The notes beneath the pieces were generated by a model that saw only the letters and a program-made list of their open reading frames with translations, did not search any database and was not told the DNA's origin. From Bacteroidia bacterium (GTDB lineage Bacteria; Bacteroidota; Bacteroidia; M30B66): a DNA stretch of 64,000 nt. Each line of letters starts with the position of its first letter. The first letter of the stretch is position 1. The DNA is taken from the NCBI GenBank assembly GCA_965279035.1, contig OZ257142.1:3424001-3488000 (forward strand), in the 5' to 3' direction. This document shows positions 20,582-33,122 of the stretch, in pieces. A program made the position numbers and the translations under genes.

Positions 20582-20705
20582 AAAACTTTCCAACCCTATA
20601 ACCATTCTACTTTCAACTTCATACTCTACACATTATACTCTCCCCTTTCCGCAAGCATTCCCCCTTTCTACTTTCCTCTTTTTACTTTATACTTAAGTGA
20701 AGCCC

Positions 20706-22829
20706 ATGAAAAACCTATATACCACATTTTTCCTCATAAGCTTTGGAATAATTGCTAGCCTCTCTGCCCAAACCCTCAAAAACATCCACCGTCACAACCA
20801 GCCGGTGCTGCGTATTCCAACGCATTTGATCGATAAGGTTGAAACCGCCGATATCAATGGAGAGCGGATGTTAAAGGTAATTCAGCTAAATGGCTTTGTT
20901 TCACAAATTCCACTTTCTCAAATCGATAGCATCACACACAGTGAAGGACAAGCGGTAGATCCAGCCCAACTCGGAAATCTGCGCACGGCTAGTGTAATGG
21001 GCGTGGTAACTGGCCCAACAGGCGCTCCGGAAATGAATGCAATCGTTCGTTCGCCCTATGGCGGCGAAGAAACCCGCACCGATCCCAATGGCGTGTTTTT
21101 CCTAAACAACATTTTGGTTTACGACAAACTCGGGTATATCACCATTACGAAACCGGGCTTTCACCAAGGCTCTCGTAGTTTTTTACCTTTAGAAAATGGC
21201 AGCAATCGGTTGAATGTGCAACTTTTATCGATGATACAGTCAGGTTCTTTCAGCGCTGTAACAGGTGGAACGGTCACATCCGGTTTATTGCAACTCAGCT
21301 TTCCTGCAAATGCCATCCAACTCAACGGACAACCATACTCTGGAACTGTTAATGTCTTTGCTGAGGCTTTAGACCCAACATCAACCGCCATGTTCGACCA
21401 AATACCAGGCGAATTGCTCGGTGGGATGAACGATTCACTTCGTTTACTTCGCTCTTTCGGCATGGCTGGTATTGAACTGCGCGATGAGAACATGAATGAA
21501 TTGCAATTGGCAGATAGTGTCTTTTCTACTTTAACTTTTACAATTCCTGCCTCATTACAAGCCGAAGCTCCAACAACAATCGATTGGTGGAGTTTTGATG
21601 AAGAACAGGGCATTTGGATTCATGAAGGAATGGCGCTTAAGCAGGGTAATCAATATGTAGGACAGGCAAGTCATTTTTCTTGGTGGAGCTTAGAGGTTCC
21701 GGGCACATTTAATGAGTTTTATGGTATTGTGAATTCAAGTTCAGGTGCTCCAGTTAGTGATGCACAATTAAAATTGATTTCTCCAACCAATGGAAATGCA
21801 TTTAATTATACAAGTTCTTTCGGTGAATTTAGTGGCCGTATACCAAAAAACCAAACTTTGATTCTAAACATCAATTTAATTTGTGACACATCAAACACAT
21901 GGGCATTAGCTCATTCTGAAGATATTATAAGTGATGATGCAACAATTTCAGGTAATTACATTGCTGAATTGAACGGATACTATCCAATAACTGGAATGGT
22001 TGTCGATTGTGAAAGTCAGCCGATTGAATCAGGTTATGTAAAAATAGGATTACAAGTATTTTTAACAATAAACGGAGAGTTTACTATTCAAACGTGCCAA
22101 ATTGGGGAGTATTCATTACGTGGATTTAACATAAGTAATCCAGACTCTATCCTAATAAGCGATTTGATGAATGTTCAAGTTGACATAGATGGAACCGATG
22201 CAGGGAATTTAGTTGCATGTTCAACTATGCTTAGCTCAGTAAATGACATTGATGGAAATGTTTATGAAACTGTACTAATTGGTGATCAATGGTGGATGGC
22301 AGAGAACTTACGCACCACTAGCTATTCCAATGGTGATGCTATACCAAATGTAACTAACAATACTGCTTGGACACAGGTCGGAAACGGTGCTTATTGCTAT
22401 TTAAATAACCTTTATGTTAATAATACTTTGTATGGTGCGCTCTACAATTGGTACACTACGGTTGACCCTAGAAATCTTTGCCCAGTAGATTGGCATGTTC
22501 CTACTGATCATGAATGGACAATATTAATAGAATATTTAGGTGGAGAATCGCTTGCTGGTGGGAAAATGAAATCAGTAACGAGTTGGGATTCGCCTAATAC
22601 GGCTGCAAACAACGAAAGTGGCTTTTCTGGTCTCGGCGGTGGTTGGCGTGCAAACGTTGATGGCACTTTTTCAAATGTTGGATTCGGCGGTTATTGGTGG
22701 AGCTCAACTGAAAACGTTATCCCAGGTTCCGGATCATTGGTCCGCGTTCTTAACAATTACACTGGTAATGTAAACAGATATTTCTTCGATAGCTGGATTG
22801 GTTTATCTGTCCGCTGCATCAAGGATTAA
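20706..22829 (+). CDS. Secreted protein with FISUMP (Fib_succ_major) C-terminal domain
   Basis: DIDGNVY, WMAENLRT, YGALYNWY, CPxxWHVP, SVRCIKD. Confidence 0.88.
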   Translation: MKNLYTTFFLISFGIIASLSAQTLKNIHRHNQPVLRIPTHLIDKVETADINGERMLKVIQLNGFVSQIPLSQIDSITHSEGQAVDPAQLGNLRTASVMGVVTGPTGAPEMNAIVRSPYGGEETRTDPNGVFFLNNILVYDKLGYITITKPGFHQGSRSFLPLENGSNRLNVQLLSMIQSGSFSAVTGGTVTSGLLQLSFPANAIQLNGQPYSGTVNVFAEALDPTSTAMFDQIPGELLGGMNDSLRLLRSFGMAGIELRDENMNELQLADSVFSTLTFTIPASLQAEAPTTIDWWSFDEEQGIWIHEGMALKQGNQYVGQASHFSWWSLEVPGTFNEFYGIVNSSSGAPVSDAQLKLISPTNGNAFNYTSSFGEFSGRIPKNQTLILNINLICDTSNTWALAHSEDIISDDATISGNYIAELNGYYPITGMVVDCESQPIESGYVKIGLQVFLTINGEFTIQTCQIGEYSLRGFNISNPDSILISDLMNVQVDIDGTDAGNLVACSTMLSSVNDIDGNVYETVLIGDQWWMAENLRTTSYSNGDAIPNVTNNTAWTQVGNGAYCYLNNLYVNNTLYGALYNWYTTVDPRNLCPVDWHVPTDHEWTILIEYLGGESLAGGKMKSVTSWDSPNTAANNESGFSGLGGGWRANVDGTFSNVGFGGYWWSSTENVIPGSGSLVRVLNNYTGNVNRYFFDSWIGLSVRCIKD

Positions 22830-23039
22830 CACTTAAGAAGACGATTCAATCGAATCGTAGAATAAATTACACAATACTAAAGGCTAAATCTGTTTAGTTT
22901 GAAGTTGTATGTTGCACACTACCGATAAATCCTCCTAAGGGATTGCCCATACGGACAAGTCGCGGAAAGCTAACAGCATATACCTTCGCTAAAGCTTCGG
23001 CATACACGAGCCCGACTCCTTTAGATGCAAGCCTACGCA

Positions 23040-23086
23040 TCGACAAGCTCAGCGTGCGGTACTCGCTCCCTGAGCCTGTCGAAGGG
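23040..23086. repeat. REP-like palindrome between convergent genes
   Basis: TCGACAAGCTCAG...CTGAGCCTGTCGA. Confidence 0.6.
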
Positions 23087-23132
23087 AGCACATCAAAAAT
23101 CACCAGCACATTAGCACACCAGCACACCAACT

Positions 23133-26100
23133 CTACATATTTCTCCGGTACTGCCCTCCAACCTCAAACAAGGAACTAGTAATTTGACCGAGTGATGCGT
23201 ATTTGCTCACTTCCATCAATTGTTCGAAAATGTTCTGGTTGAGGACTGCTGCTTCTTGGAGCTTGCGTAAAAGCTCGTCGATGCGGTTTGAGTTGCGGGT
23301 GTGAAGGTCCTTGAGCATATCGATTTGATACTGCTTTTCTTCTTCCGAAGCACGAATGACTTCTTTCGGTAAAACCGTTGGAGAACCTTTGGAACTGAGG
23401 AAAGTATTCACACCAATGATTGGGAATTCGCCTGTATGCTTTTGCATTTCGTAGTACATCGACTCTTCCTGAATCTTACTGCGCTGATACATGGTTTCCA
23501 TCGCTCCTAATACGCCTCCGCGCTCGGTAATGCGATCGAATTCGGCGTAGATGGCTTCTTCTACCAAATCAGTCAATTCTTCAATGATGAACGAACCTTG
23601 AATCGGGTTTTCGTTCTTCGCTAAACCAAGCTCTTTGTTGATGATGAGCTGAATGGCCATGGCACGACGAACAGATTCTTCCGTAGGCGTAGTAATCGCT
23701 TCATCGTAGGCATTGGTGTGCAAGGAATTACAGTTGTCGTATATCGCATACAAGGCTTGAAGCGTCGTACGAATATCATTGAAATCGATTTCCTGTGCGT
23801 GTAGCGAACGACCCGAGGTTTGGATGTGGTATTTCAACATCTGACTGCGTTCGTTTCCACCGTATTTCAACTTCATGGCTTTTGCCCAAATACGACGAGC
23901 TACTCGACCAATTACCGCATACTCAGGATCGATTCCGTTGCTGAAGAAGAAACTCAAATTCGGTGCAAAATCATCGATGTGCATTCCACGACTCAGGTAA
24001 TATTCCACGAACGTGAAACCATTCGAAAGCGTGAATGCCAGTTGCGTGATTGGATTCGCACCCGCTTCTGCAATGTGGTAACCAGAAATGGAAACGCTAT
24101 AGAAATTGCGGATTTTCTCGCTGATGAAATACTGCTGAATATCGCCCATCATTCGAAGCGCGAATTCGGTACTGAAAATACAAGTGTTTTGCGCCTGATC
24201 TTCTTTTAAAATATCTGCTTGAACGGTTCCGCGAACAACGCTCAATGTTTTGGCTTTGATGCCAGCATACACATCGGCAGGAAGCACCTGATCGCCCGTT
24301 ACGCCGAGAAGTAATAAACCCAATCCGTTATTGCCTTCTGGAAGTTCGCCTTGATACATCGGACGCTTCATTCCTTTAGCTGCAAAGAGCTCATCAATCT
24401 TGGCATTTACCTCATCTAGCAATCCATTTTGACGAATATAAACCTCGCATTGCTGATCAATAGCAGCATTCATGAAAAAGCCTAACAGCATCGGAGCCGG
24501 ACCGTTAATGGTCATCGAAACCGAAGTGCTTGGGGCACATAAATCGAAACCGGAATAGAGTTTTTTCGCATCATCGAGACAGCAAATACTCACACCCGAA
24601 TTCCCAATTTTCCCGTAAATATCAGGACGAAGATCGGGGTCATTTCCATAAAGCGTAACCGAATCAAATGCCGTCGACAAACGTGCTGCTGGCATGCCTT
24701 TGCTCACGTAATGGAAACGACGATTGGTGCGTTCTGGTCCACCTTCTCCAGCAAACATGCGTGTTGGATCTTCTCCTTCGCGTTTGAATGGATAAATTCC
24801 TGCAGCAAATGGAAATTCGCCTGGAACATTTTCGGTAAGCGACCAACGTAAAATTCCGCCCCAGTTCTTGTATGCTGGAGTAACAACTTTAGGAATGCGG
24901 CTTTGTGAAAGACTTACGGTATGTGTGGCAATCTTGAGTTCTTTGTCGCGCACTTTAAAGATGAAATATTCATCCTTGTAGCTTTGGCGTTTGGCTTCCC
25001 ATTGTTCGATGAGCAACCAATTTTTAGGATCGAGTTCGAGTTTCACGCGATCAAATTCCGCCTGAAGTACTTTTAGAATGTCAGCTTCAGCGCCCTTCTC
25101 CCCTCTCCCGAGGAGAGGGGCCGGGGGTGAGGTCCTCAAATGCCCCATTGTGACATTTATCGCATATAATTTCTCAGCTACTTCCGATTGTTTCTCTACC
25201 CAGCTATTGTAATTCCGATTGTTCTCGGTGATTTCGCTGAGGTAACGCGTACGATTCGGTGGAATGACATAAATCTTCTCGCTCATTTCTTGCGTAACCA
25301 CATAGCCCGACTTCAACTCAGCACCTGTGCGTTCCACAATGGTATCCATGATGCGACGATACAGGTTGTTCATGCCCGGATCGTTGAATTGAGAAGCGAT
25401 GGTACCAAAAACTGGCATTTCTTCCGGTGGTGTATCCCACAAATTATGATTGCGCTGGTACTGCTTTTTCACATCACGCAAGGCATCCAAGGCCCCACGT
25501 TTATCGAATTTATTGAGCGCGATTAAATCTGCAAAATCGAGCATGTCAATCTTCTCGAGTTGTGTGGCAGCGCCATATTCTGGCGTCATCACATACAAGC
25601 TCACATCGCTATGATCCAAGATTTCGGTATCACTTTGTCCAATTCCGGATGTTTCTAGAATGATTAAGTCATAGTTAGCTGCTTTCAGCACAGCTACTGC
25701 TTCTTTCACGTGCTTACTCAATGCCAAATTGCTTTGACGAGTAGCCAAAGAACGCATGTAGACACGTGGATTGCGAATGGCATTCATACGAATACGATCG
25801 CCTAGTAATGCCCCGCCCGTTTTGCGTTTAGAAGGATCAACTGAAATAACACCGATGTGTTTTTCCGGAAAATCGATTAGGAAACGACGTACTAATTCGT
25901 CCACCAAAGAACTCTTCCCTGCTCCACCCGTTCCTGTAATTCCCAGGACCGGTGATTTACTTGCAGCAGCTAATTCGTGAATACGATCGAAAGAATTACC
26001 CACCGCATCAGGATGATTTTCGGCCATGCTGATTAATCGCGCAATGGACTTCCAATCTTTCTCTGCCAAATGGTTGACTTCCCCATTGAGTTGAGAAACG

Positions 26101-26537
26101 GTATCAAAATCACAGCGCGACATTAAATCGTTGATCATGCCTTGTAATCCCATGCTTCGTCCGTCATCGGGATGATACAAGCGTGAAATTCCATATTGCT
26201 GCAATTCCTCAATTTCGGAAGGCAAAATAGTTCCGCCACCGCCACCTAAAATGCGGATATGACCAGCGCCTTTCTCATGAAGTAAGTCGTACATGTACTT
26301 GAAATACTCCACGTGACCACCTTGGTAGGAAGTCATAGCAATGGCTTGAGCATCCTCTTGAATGGCGCAATTCACGACTTCTTCCACCGAGCGGTCGTGA
26401 CCGAGGTGAATAACTTCGGCTCCTGAACTTTGGATGATACGGCGCATGATGTTAATGGCAGCATCGTGCCCATCGAAGAGGGAGGCTGCCGTAACGATAC
26501 GGATCTTATGCTGAGGCTGGTAAACAGATGTTTCCAT
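23133..26537 (-). CDS. icmF: Fused B12-binding / MeaB GTPase / acyl-CoA mutase (IcmF-type)
   Basis: [48 protein letters not shown]; start probably METSVY. Confidence 0.92.
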   Translation of the reverse strand: METSVYQPQHKIRIVTAASLFDGHDAAINIMRRIIQSSGAEVIHLGHDRSVEEVVNCAIQEDAQAIAMTSYQGGHVEYFKYMYDLLHEKGAGHIRILGGGGGTILPSEIEELQQYGISRLYHPDDGRSMGLQGMINDLMSRCDFDTVSQLNGEVNHLAEKDWKSIARLISMAENHPDAVGNSFDRIHELAAASKSPVLGITGTGGAGKSSLVDELVRRFLIDFPEKHIGVISVDPSKRKTGGALLGDRIRMNAIRNPRVYMRSLATRQSNLALSKHVKEAVAVLKAANYDLIILETSGIGQSDTEILDHSDVSLYVMTPEYGAATQLEKIDMLDFADLIALNKFDKRGALDALRDVKKQYQRNHNLWDTPPEEMPVFGTIASQFNDPGMNNLYRRIMDTIVERTGAELKSGYVVTQEMSEKIYVIPPNRTRYLSEITENNRNYNSWVEKQSEVAEKLYAINVTMGHLRTSPPAPLLGRGEKGAEADILKVLQAEFDRVKLELDPKNWLLIEQWEAKRQSYKDEYFIFKVRDKELKIATHTVSLSQSRIPKVVTPAYKNWGGILRWSLTENVPGEFPFAAGIYPFKREGEDPTRMFAGEGGPERTNRRFHYVSKGMPAARLSTAFDSVTLYGNDPDLRPDIYGKIGNSGVSICCLDDAKKLYSGFDLCAPSTSVSMTINGPAPMLLGFFMNAAIDQQCEVYIRQNGLLDEVNAKIDELFAAKGMKRPMYQGELPEGNNGLGLLLLGVTGDQVLPADVYAGIKAKTLSVVRGTVQADILKEDQAQNTCIFSTEFALRMMGDIQQYFISEKIRNFYSVSISGYHIAEAGANPITQLAFTLSNGFTFVEYYLSRGMHIDDFAPNLSFFFSNGIDPEYAVIGRVARRIWAKAMKLKYGGNERSQMLKYHIQTSGRSLHAQEIDFNDIRTTLQALYAIYDNCNSLHTNAYDEAITTPTEESVRRAMAIQLIINKELGLAKNENPIQGSFIIEELTDLVEEAIYAEFDRITERGGVLGAMETMYQRSKIQEESMYYEMQKHTGEFPIIGVNTFLSSKGSPTVLPKEVIRASEEEKQYQIDMLKDLHTRNSNRIDELLRKLQEAAVLNQNIFEQLMEVSKYASLGQITSSLFEVGGQYRRNM

Positions 26538-26820
26538 GCTAATCAATAGATTTTGGGGTGACAAAGATAAGCAGAAGGTGATTAGACATTAATAGTCAAA
26601 ATGAGTAAATAGACGTTAATATTAAAATCAAAAGAACAATAAACATATTGGTCAACACAAAACAAAAAACAAATACATCTATAAATTATATTTAATAATG
26701 AACATTATCACATCAACTATTCTTAATACTTTCGTCCAATTAACGAGAGAGCAAATGTCAAGAATTGCAAGGAGAATGAATTATTTGAAAATATCTAAAT
26801 AGAATATTTAAAACAAGATT

Positions 26821-28284
26821 ATGCTATTTAATTCATTTCATTTTGCTTTATTTCTACCAATTGTATTTATTATATATTGGTCACTATCTGATAAAAAATT
26901 ATGGATTCAAAATAGCTTGCTTTTAGTATCAAGCTATTTCTTTTATGCATGTTGGGATTGGAAATTTATGTTTCTACTAATATTTTCAACACTATTAGAT
27001 TATTTTACAGGAATTAAAATATACAATGCTAATTCAATAAAAAATAAATCTTTTTGGTTGTGGCTTAGTATCCTAATTAATTTAGGATTTCTTTGTGTTT
27101 TTAAATATTACAATTTTTTCATACATTCATTCGCAGAAGGAATTACAATACTAGGTTTAAAATCAAATTTTAGTTCTTTACAAATAATTTTACCAGTTGG
27201 AATATCATTTTATACTTTTCATGGATTATCTTATGTTATTGATATTTATAAGAATAGAATCAAACCTGAACGGAATTTTGTAGATTATTCCTTGTTTGTT
27301 AGTTTCTTTCCATTATTAGTAGCCGGACCAATAGAAAGAGCTACACATTTATTACCTCAAATTATTAATAAAAGGAAATTTGATTATACCAAAGCAGTAG
27401 ATGGATTACGTCAAATTTTATGGGGTTTATTCAAAAAGATTGTAATTGCAGATAATTGTGCAGAATATGCAAATTTAATTTTCAATAATTCAACAGATTA
27501 TTCTGGTAGTACCTTGGTTATAGGAGCAATATTTTTTGCAATTCAGATATATGGTGATTTTTCCGGATATTCTGATATCGCTTTAGGTACAGCAAGATTA
27601 TTTGGAATTGATTTGTTAAGAAATTTTGCTTTCCCCTACTTTTCAAGAGATATTGCTGAATTTTGGAGACGATGGCACATTTCTTTATCTTCTTGGTTTA
27701 AAGATTATTTATACATTCCATTAGGTGGAAGTAAAGGTGGAATGAAAATGAAAATCAGAAACACTTTTGCAATATTCTTAGTAAGTGGATTTTGGCATGG
27801 AGCTAATTGGACATTTTTAGTATGGGGTTTTCTTAATGCTTTATATATAATGCCTTCAATTATTTTTAACACCAATAGAAATAATTTAGATAGTGTGGCT
27901 AAAGGGAAATTAATACCATCTTTAAAAGAATTATTTCAAGTAACAATTACATTCATATTGACAGTTTTTGCATGGATATTCTTTAGAGCAAGCAATATGA
28001 CTCACGCAATTAATTATGTTAAAAAAATAGGTGAAGGGATCTTTAAAAAATCATCTTATATAGAATCATTGAATTTATTGCGTTGGGAAATTGGATATGC
28101 TATTCCAATACTGATAGTAATTTTTTTCATAATAGAATGGATTGGAAGAGAGCGTCAGTTTGCAATTGCACATTTAGGATTAAATTGGTACAGACCTGTT
28201 AGATGGCTAATGTATTCATCAATAATAATTGGGATTTTTTATTTTACAGGGAAAGAACAACAATTCATTTACTTTCAATTTTAA
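26821..28284 (+). CDS. MBOAT O-acyltransferase (AlgI/DltB-like)
   Basis: MLFNS, LPVGISFYTF, DFSGYSD, FWRRWHISLS, SGFWHGA. Confidence 0.93.
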   Translation: MLFNSFHFALFLPIVFIIYWSLSDKKLWIQNSLLLVSSYFFYACWDWKFMFLLIFSTLLDYFTGIKIYNANSIKNKSFWLWLSILINLGFLCVFKYYNFFIHSFAEGITILGLKSNFSSLQIILPVGISFYTFHGLSYVIDIYKNRIKPERNFVDYSLFVSFFPLLVAGPIERATHLLPQIINKRKFDYTKAVDGLRQILWGLFKKIVIADNCAEYANLIFNNSTDYSGSTLVIGAIFFAIQIYGDFSGYSDIALGTARLFGIDLLRNFAFPYFSRDIAEFWRRWHISLSSWFKDYLYIPLGGSKGGMKMKIRNTFAIFLVSGFWHGANWTFLVWGFLNALYIMPSIIFNTNRNNLDSVAKGKLIPSLKELFQVTITFILTVFAWIFFRASNMTHAINYVKKIGEGIFKKSSYIESLNLLRWEIGYAIPILIVIFFIIEWIGRERQFAIAHLGLNWYRPVRWLMYSSIIIGIFYFTGKEQQFIYFQF

Positions 28285-28289
28285 TAAAA

Positions 28290-29243
28290 ATGAAAATATT
28301 CTTGAAATCTTTATTGCTATTTTCATTTTTCCTCTTAACAATCATTGTAATTGATCTTTTATTTTTTTGCTATAAAAATGATATTACACAAAATGATATT
28401 CCGGCATTAAATTTTTCTGATAGTTACTCTTTTAATGAAAAGATTCGATTCATAAAAACATTAAATAAAGAAGATTCAATCTTTGTTTTTGGCTCATCAA
28501 TGTCCTTAAATAATCTTCATTCACAAACTGTATTAAATAATTTTAATTGCCAACATTATTTAAATACCTCATCTTGGGGTATGACTATGTGCGATAATTA
28601 TAGATTATTAAAATCTCTATCTACTATTTATAAAATTAAAAAGATATTAATGGTGAGTAATATTGTAGATTTTAAATTGACTGACAAAAAAATTAATTTT
28701 GAATATATGGAAAGCTATTTAAATTCAAATTATTTAAATACTATATACAGAATCGCAGATAATTTTGATTTGAACTATTATATGGAGAACGCAATTTTCG
28801 CTAAGAAAGCAAGAGCTTGTTTAAGTGAATATTGGTATTTGAAATTTGACAAATGTGGCACAATTAATTTAAATTTAAAACCTGATGATATTGATAAAAA
28901 AAGATGGAATAATGATTATTTAAATGAAAATGGATCAAAAACCCAATATAAATATTTAGATAGTATATCCAACTATTGCAAGAATAATAAGATAGAACTT
29001 ATTATTTTCCAAAGTCCATTAAGGGAAGGTATAATGCAAAATTTAAATCAAACCAAGATGTATACTCTAAATAACCATATAAATAAAGTGGATTCAATTT
29101 TAAAAATAAATCATCAAGTGTTTGTAGATTCAAATAATAGTTTTTGGCCAGATTCATTATTTGCTGATGCTATTCATTTTAATAAAGGAGGCGCAAAATT
29201 ATTTACAGAATTTTGCTTTAATAAAATCAAATTGAAAAATTAA
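28290..29243 (+). CDS. SGNH-like partner of the MBOAT enzyme
   Basis: FGSS and FADAIHFNxxGA motifs; directly downstream of MBOAT; start MKIFLK. Confidence 0.65.
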   Translation: MKIFLKSLLLFSFFLLTIIVIDLLFFCYKNDITQNDIPALNFSDSYSFNEKIRFIKTLNKEDSIFVFGSSMSLNNLHSQTVLNNFNCQHYLNTSSWGMTMCDNYRLLKSLSTIYKIKKILMVSNIVDFKLTDKKINFEYMESYLNSNYLNTIYRIADNFDLNYYMENAIFAKKARACLSEYWYLKFDKCGTINLNLKPDDIDKKRWNNDYLNENGSKTQYKYLDSISNYCKNNKIELIIFQSPLREGIMQNLNQTKMYTLNNHINKVDSILKINHQVFVDSNNSFWPDSLFADAIHFNKGGAKLFTEFCFNKIKLKN

Positions 29244-29497
29244 ATTTTATTTATTAATATTTTATAGTATTATTTATATTAAGAAAAGGAAAAAATGCTA
29301 TTTGATAAAGAATCTTAATTCAACATAAAATGAGGATTACCGCTTAAGTACTATCACCACTAAAATCGAAAATCTTACTTAAATAATTAATACTTCAACA
29401 TAAATAGCTATAAAACGAATGAATGAATTTTCATTTGGTACATACAATAAGAATATTGCTAAATGAACATTTTTATTATTGTAATAAAAAAAACATT

Positions 29498-30625
29498 CTA
29501 AATAGGTCTTGAATTGATAACTTCAAATTTCTTCTTTAATTTTAAAAAAGGTGTCTCAATAAACTTATATGAAATTATTGATACGATAACAGTAAAAGAC
29601 AGAGAATATATAAAAGAAACGAGCGAATTCGAAGGCAAAACAGAAATACGCGCAGTCATATAATCAGCAACTCCATTCCCCAATAAATGATATAAGTAAA
29701 GCCCGTATGACCTTTTGCCTAAAAAAACAAATATTTCTTTTGAAAAAATAAATTTCAAATATTTGCTGTGTAATACTGAGTATAATACCATTGAAGTTGA
29801 AATTCCTACCAAAGTATAGCTTAAGACTAACCAGTATGATATATTATCTAAGTTTGGTAGAAAGCATAATAAAATGAAATTTAATATCCCCAAAAAACCT
29901 ATCAATAAAGGCTTCATTCTTTTTAATAAATAATCGAAACCTCCAAAGCCAATTACTATGCCCAAGATAATTGATTCAAAATGAGTAATTGGCAAAACCC
30001 AAATGGCAGGATGAGGAATATTGATAGCAATTAATGCACACCTGATAATATTAAAAAAAACAAAAACAGAGATTAGGGAAATTATCCTAATCTTAAAAGA
30101 GGAGCGAATTAAAAATAAAATAATAATCGGAATAAATATATAAAACTGTTCTTCATAAGTAATTGTCCATAGATGAGCAAGATATGGCAATGGGTTATAT
30201 CCATAAATAGCAGTAAATATATTATCAGAAAATGTGAATAATCCAATAATTCTGATTCCGATATTATCTCTAATAGGACCTATAAACAAGCTATAAAGTG
30301 CTACTGAAAATCCTATTAAAAGAAAGTAAATTGGCCAAATTCGGAAAATTCTCCTCAAATAAAATTTCTTGAAATTTATTTCATTCGTTTTATAAAATTC
30401 AGCGATAAGAAGTTTAGTAAATAAAAAGGCGGATAATGCAAAGAATAAATCAACACCTATCCAACCATTAGAATGCAAAATTGATAGAAAGGGTATTTTA
30501 GAAAATAAACTATGATGATGAACAAAAACTAATAAAAAAGCAAAAAATCTTAATCCATCCAATTCAGGAAAATAAATTCTTTCAATTCCTTTATCATTTT
30601 TATTTAAAATTTTGTTCATGAACAT
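29498..30625 (-). CDS. Acyltransferase 3 (OafA-like)
   Basis: LDGLRF, GVDLFFxLS, RRIFRIWP, HLWTxxYEEQFY, SYGLYLYH. Confidence 0.92.
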   Translation of the reverse strand: MFMNKILNKNDKGIERIYFPELDGLRFFAFLLVFVHHHSLFSKIPFLSILHSNGWIGVDLFFALSAFLFTKLLIAEFYKTNEINFKKFYLRRIFRIWPIYFLLIGFSVALYSLFIGPIRDNIGIRIIGLFTFSDNIFTAIYGYNPLPYLAHLWTITYEEQFYIFIPIIILFLIRSSFKIRIISLISVFVFFNIIRCALIAINIPHPAIWVLPITHFESIILGIVIGFGGFDYLLKRMKPLLIGFLGILNFILLCFLPNLDNISYWLVLSYTLVGISTSMVLYSVLHSKYLKFIFSKEIFVFLGKRSYGLYLYHLLGNGVADYMTARISVLPSNSLVSFIYSLSFTVIVSIISYKFIETPFLKLKKKFEVINSRPI

Positions 30626-30835
30626 TTTTGTTATTAAAAACTAACAGAGAAGCTTTTGCTATAAATCTAGTGCAAAACAATCTGCTTTCCAATCAATTTT
30701 AAAAAAGGTGAACCTAAATTTATACCTGACAAATATAACAAGAAAAACAAAATACTTTAAACTTACAAAATGAATAAATCTTGAGATTATGCTCTAAATC
30801 ATAAGTGTTTTATTAATACTATCTTTTATAAAAAT

Positions 30836-31843
30836 TTATTCTAAGTTTAAATTCAGCCATTTTAACCAATCATTTGCTATATTGTCCCAATTATTATTTT
30901 CAAAATCAATTTCGCCAGTTTTATTAACTCCAAAAAAATTATGATCTAAACCAATATAAGCCTGAAATCTAAAATTATTTTTCCTTTTTCTAATAATTTC
31001 TGTATGCAAATAATCATTGAAAGGTGTGCTCGGATCCATAGTTCCATAGCAAACTAATACAGGAATTTTCAATTTTGAAAAGGAGCTAATTGAAGATTTT
31101 GAGAAACTATAAGTTGATTTATATAAATCATAGTACTTCCCATCAATGTTGTCAATGTTTTCTACAACTTCTTCATAATATTGAAATTCATCATCTGCAT
31201 ATTTTGTAGAATCTGCAAGATTTTCTCTTTGTCTTGATTTTGATACCATAGACATTATTTGGCCACATGGATTTCCGCATGCGTATATTAAGTGTGTTAT
31301 TCTTTTAGATTTCAAAGCCATTTCAATAGCAACTCGTGCACCTTGAGAATGACCGGCAACTATTAAGTTACACACATTAACATATTTTTGGTGAGTCAAA
31401 TAGTCAATTATATAAAGATTTCTTTTTACATAATATTCAAGGTAATTATTTTTGGAATACTTAATGGGTGGCTTTTGAGAATTGCTTTCAAAATATGAAT
31501 AATCAGATTGTAAATCTTTTGAATCAATTATAAAAGGAATTCCAGGCTTGCCAACTAATACAAGGTGATATTTCTCACAAATTGCATTTGTATTGAATGG
31601 GAATTGAGGGAAATATTCTTTGCCTTCTTTAATTAATAAGGGAATTGGTAAGCTACCTTGGCAGAAGAAAAATAATGGTTTAGACTTCATTTCATCACCG
31701 CTTTTAGATTTTATTAATATGTTGATGCTATCATTATTATATAAAATACTAATTCGTTTGAAGCCCTGAATATCAAGGAAATTAGTTTGTCCAAAAACTT
31801 TAACAGTTAATAATAATATTATTATAAAAGAGCTATTTTTCAT
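30836..31843 (-). CDS. Secreted alpha/beta hydrolase
   Basis: GHSQG nucleophile motif, YGTMD, LDHNF; true start MKNSSF (the track's N-terminal extension overlaps IS3). Confidence 0.8.
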   Translation of the reverse strand: MKNSSFIIILLLTVKVFGQTNFLDIQGFKRISILYNNDSINILIKSKSGDEMKSKPLFFFCQGSLPIPLLIKEGKEYFPQFPFNTNAICEKYHLVLVGKPGIPFIIDSKDLQSDYSYFESNSQKPPIKYSKNNYLEYYVKRNLYIIDYLTHQKYVNVCNLIVAGHSQGARVAIEMALKSKRITHLIYACGNPCGQIMSMVSKSRQRENLADSTKYADDEFQYYEEVVENIDNIDGKYYDLYKSTYSFSKSSISSFSKLKIPVLVCYGTMDPSTPFNDYLHTEIIRKRKNNFRFQAYIGLDHNFFGVNKTGEIDFENNNWDNIANDWLKWLNLNLE

Positions 31844-31881
31844 TCTACTTGTCTGATAATATTTTAAAATAATGTTCCTTA

Positions 31882-33122
31882 TGTAAGCTCCCCCGAAAAT
31901 AGTACAGTTTGAAAAAAGAATTTCTAATTTTAAAACTGTAATATGAGAAAGACAAGATTCACCCCGACGCAGATTGCAAAGATCCTTAAAGAGTTTGAAC
32001 AAGGAAAAGATGTTGAAACAATTAGCAGAGAGCATGGAGTATCGAAGGCTACTTTTTACAAGTGGCGACAACGATACGGTGGCATGGAGGCTAGTGAGTT
32101 GAAGAATATAAAACGGCTAGAAGAGGAAAATGCAAAGTTAAAGCGCATGTATACAGATTTAGCTTTAGAGCTAGATATGGCAAAGTATATAATCGAAAAA
32201 AAGCTTTAAAGCCTTGCCACAAAAGAGCGATTGTAGAAGAGCTCAAGCATCATTATCCTCATGGCATAAGCAAGGCGTGTCGTATTTTACAAACAAGCAG
32301 GAGTAGTTTAAACTATCGTTCCCAAAAGGATGATTCGTTTTTAAATGATGCTTTAAGTAAACTAAGCATTGAACACCCCAGAGAAGGCTTTTGGAAGAGT
32401 TATTATCGTTTACGCAACAAGAGTGTCAAAGTAAACCACAAACGCCTCCACAGGGTTTATAAGCAAATGGGTCTACCATTAAGACGCAAGGCAAAAAAGC
32501 GTTTGCCAGCAAGAGTAAAAGAACAAATCGTAATACCAAGTGAATTTAACCATACTTGGAGTATTGATTTTGTACATGACGTTCTCAGCAATGGTCGCAA
32601 GTTCAGATCCTTTAATGTTATAGATGATTACAATCGTGAGGTATTATTTATCGAAACAGATTATTCATTAAAAAGTAGCAGAGTAATCTGGGTGCTAAAC
32701 CACCTAATCAATAAACATGGAAAACCTAAAAAAATACGAATGGATAACGGACCTGAATTTATCGCCAAGCTTTCGAAAGAATGGAGTGAAATAAAAGAAA
32801 TAGACTTTCATTACATACAGCCTGGAAAGCCAACACAAAATGCATTGATAGAAAGATTTAATAAAACCTTTAGAGGAGGAATCCTTGATAATTATATTTT
32901 TGAATCTCTCTATGAGGTAAGAAGCATCACTGAAACATGGATGCAAGACTACAATGAAGAAAGGCCACATGATGCTTTGGGTGGCTTAAGTCCAGTGATG
33001 TATAAACGTAAAAATCAGACTCTTCTTGGCCTCCGTTCCGCTACGCTTCACTCCAGCCAAGAAGAGTTAATCAATGATAATAAATTGTAATTTAGAACCG
33101 TACTAAAAATGGGGAGCCTACA
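31882..33122 (+). mobile_element. IS3-family insertion sequence (~1241 bp)
   Basis: TG...CA ends; imperfect IRs TGTAAGCTCCCC..TAGTACAGTT / AACCGTACTA..GGGGAGCCTACA; orfA/orfB; no target duplication visible. Confidence 0.9.
31943..33090 (+). CDS. IS3 transposase OrfA (31943-32209) / OrfB joined by -1 programmed frameshift
   Basis: HTH orfA; A7G slippery site at 32196-32203; [26 protein letters not shown]. Confidence 0.9.

Noticed and set aside
31844-32071. N-terminal extension of the alpha/beta hydrolase ORF
   Set aside because: Antisense read-through of IS3; the signal peptide begins at 31843.
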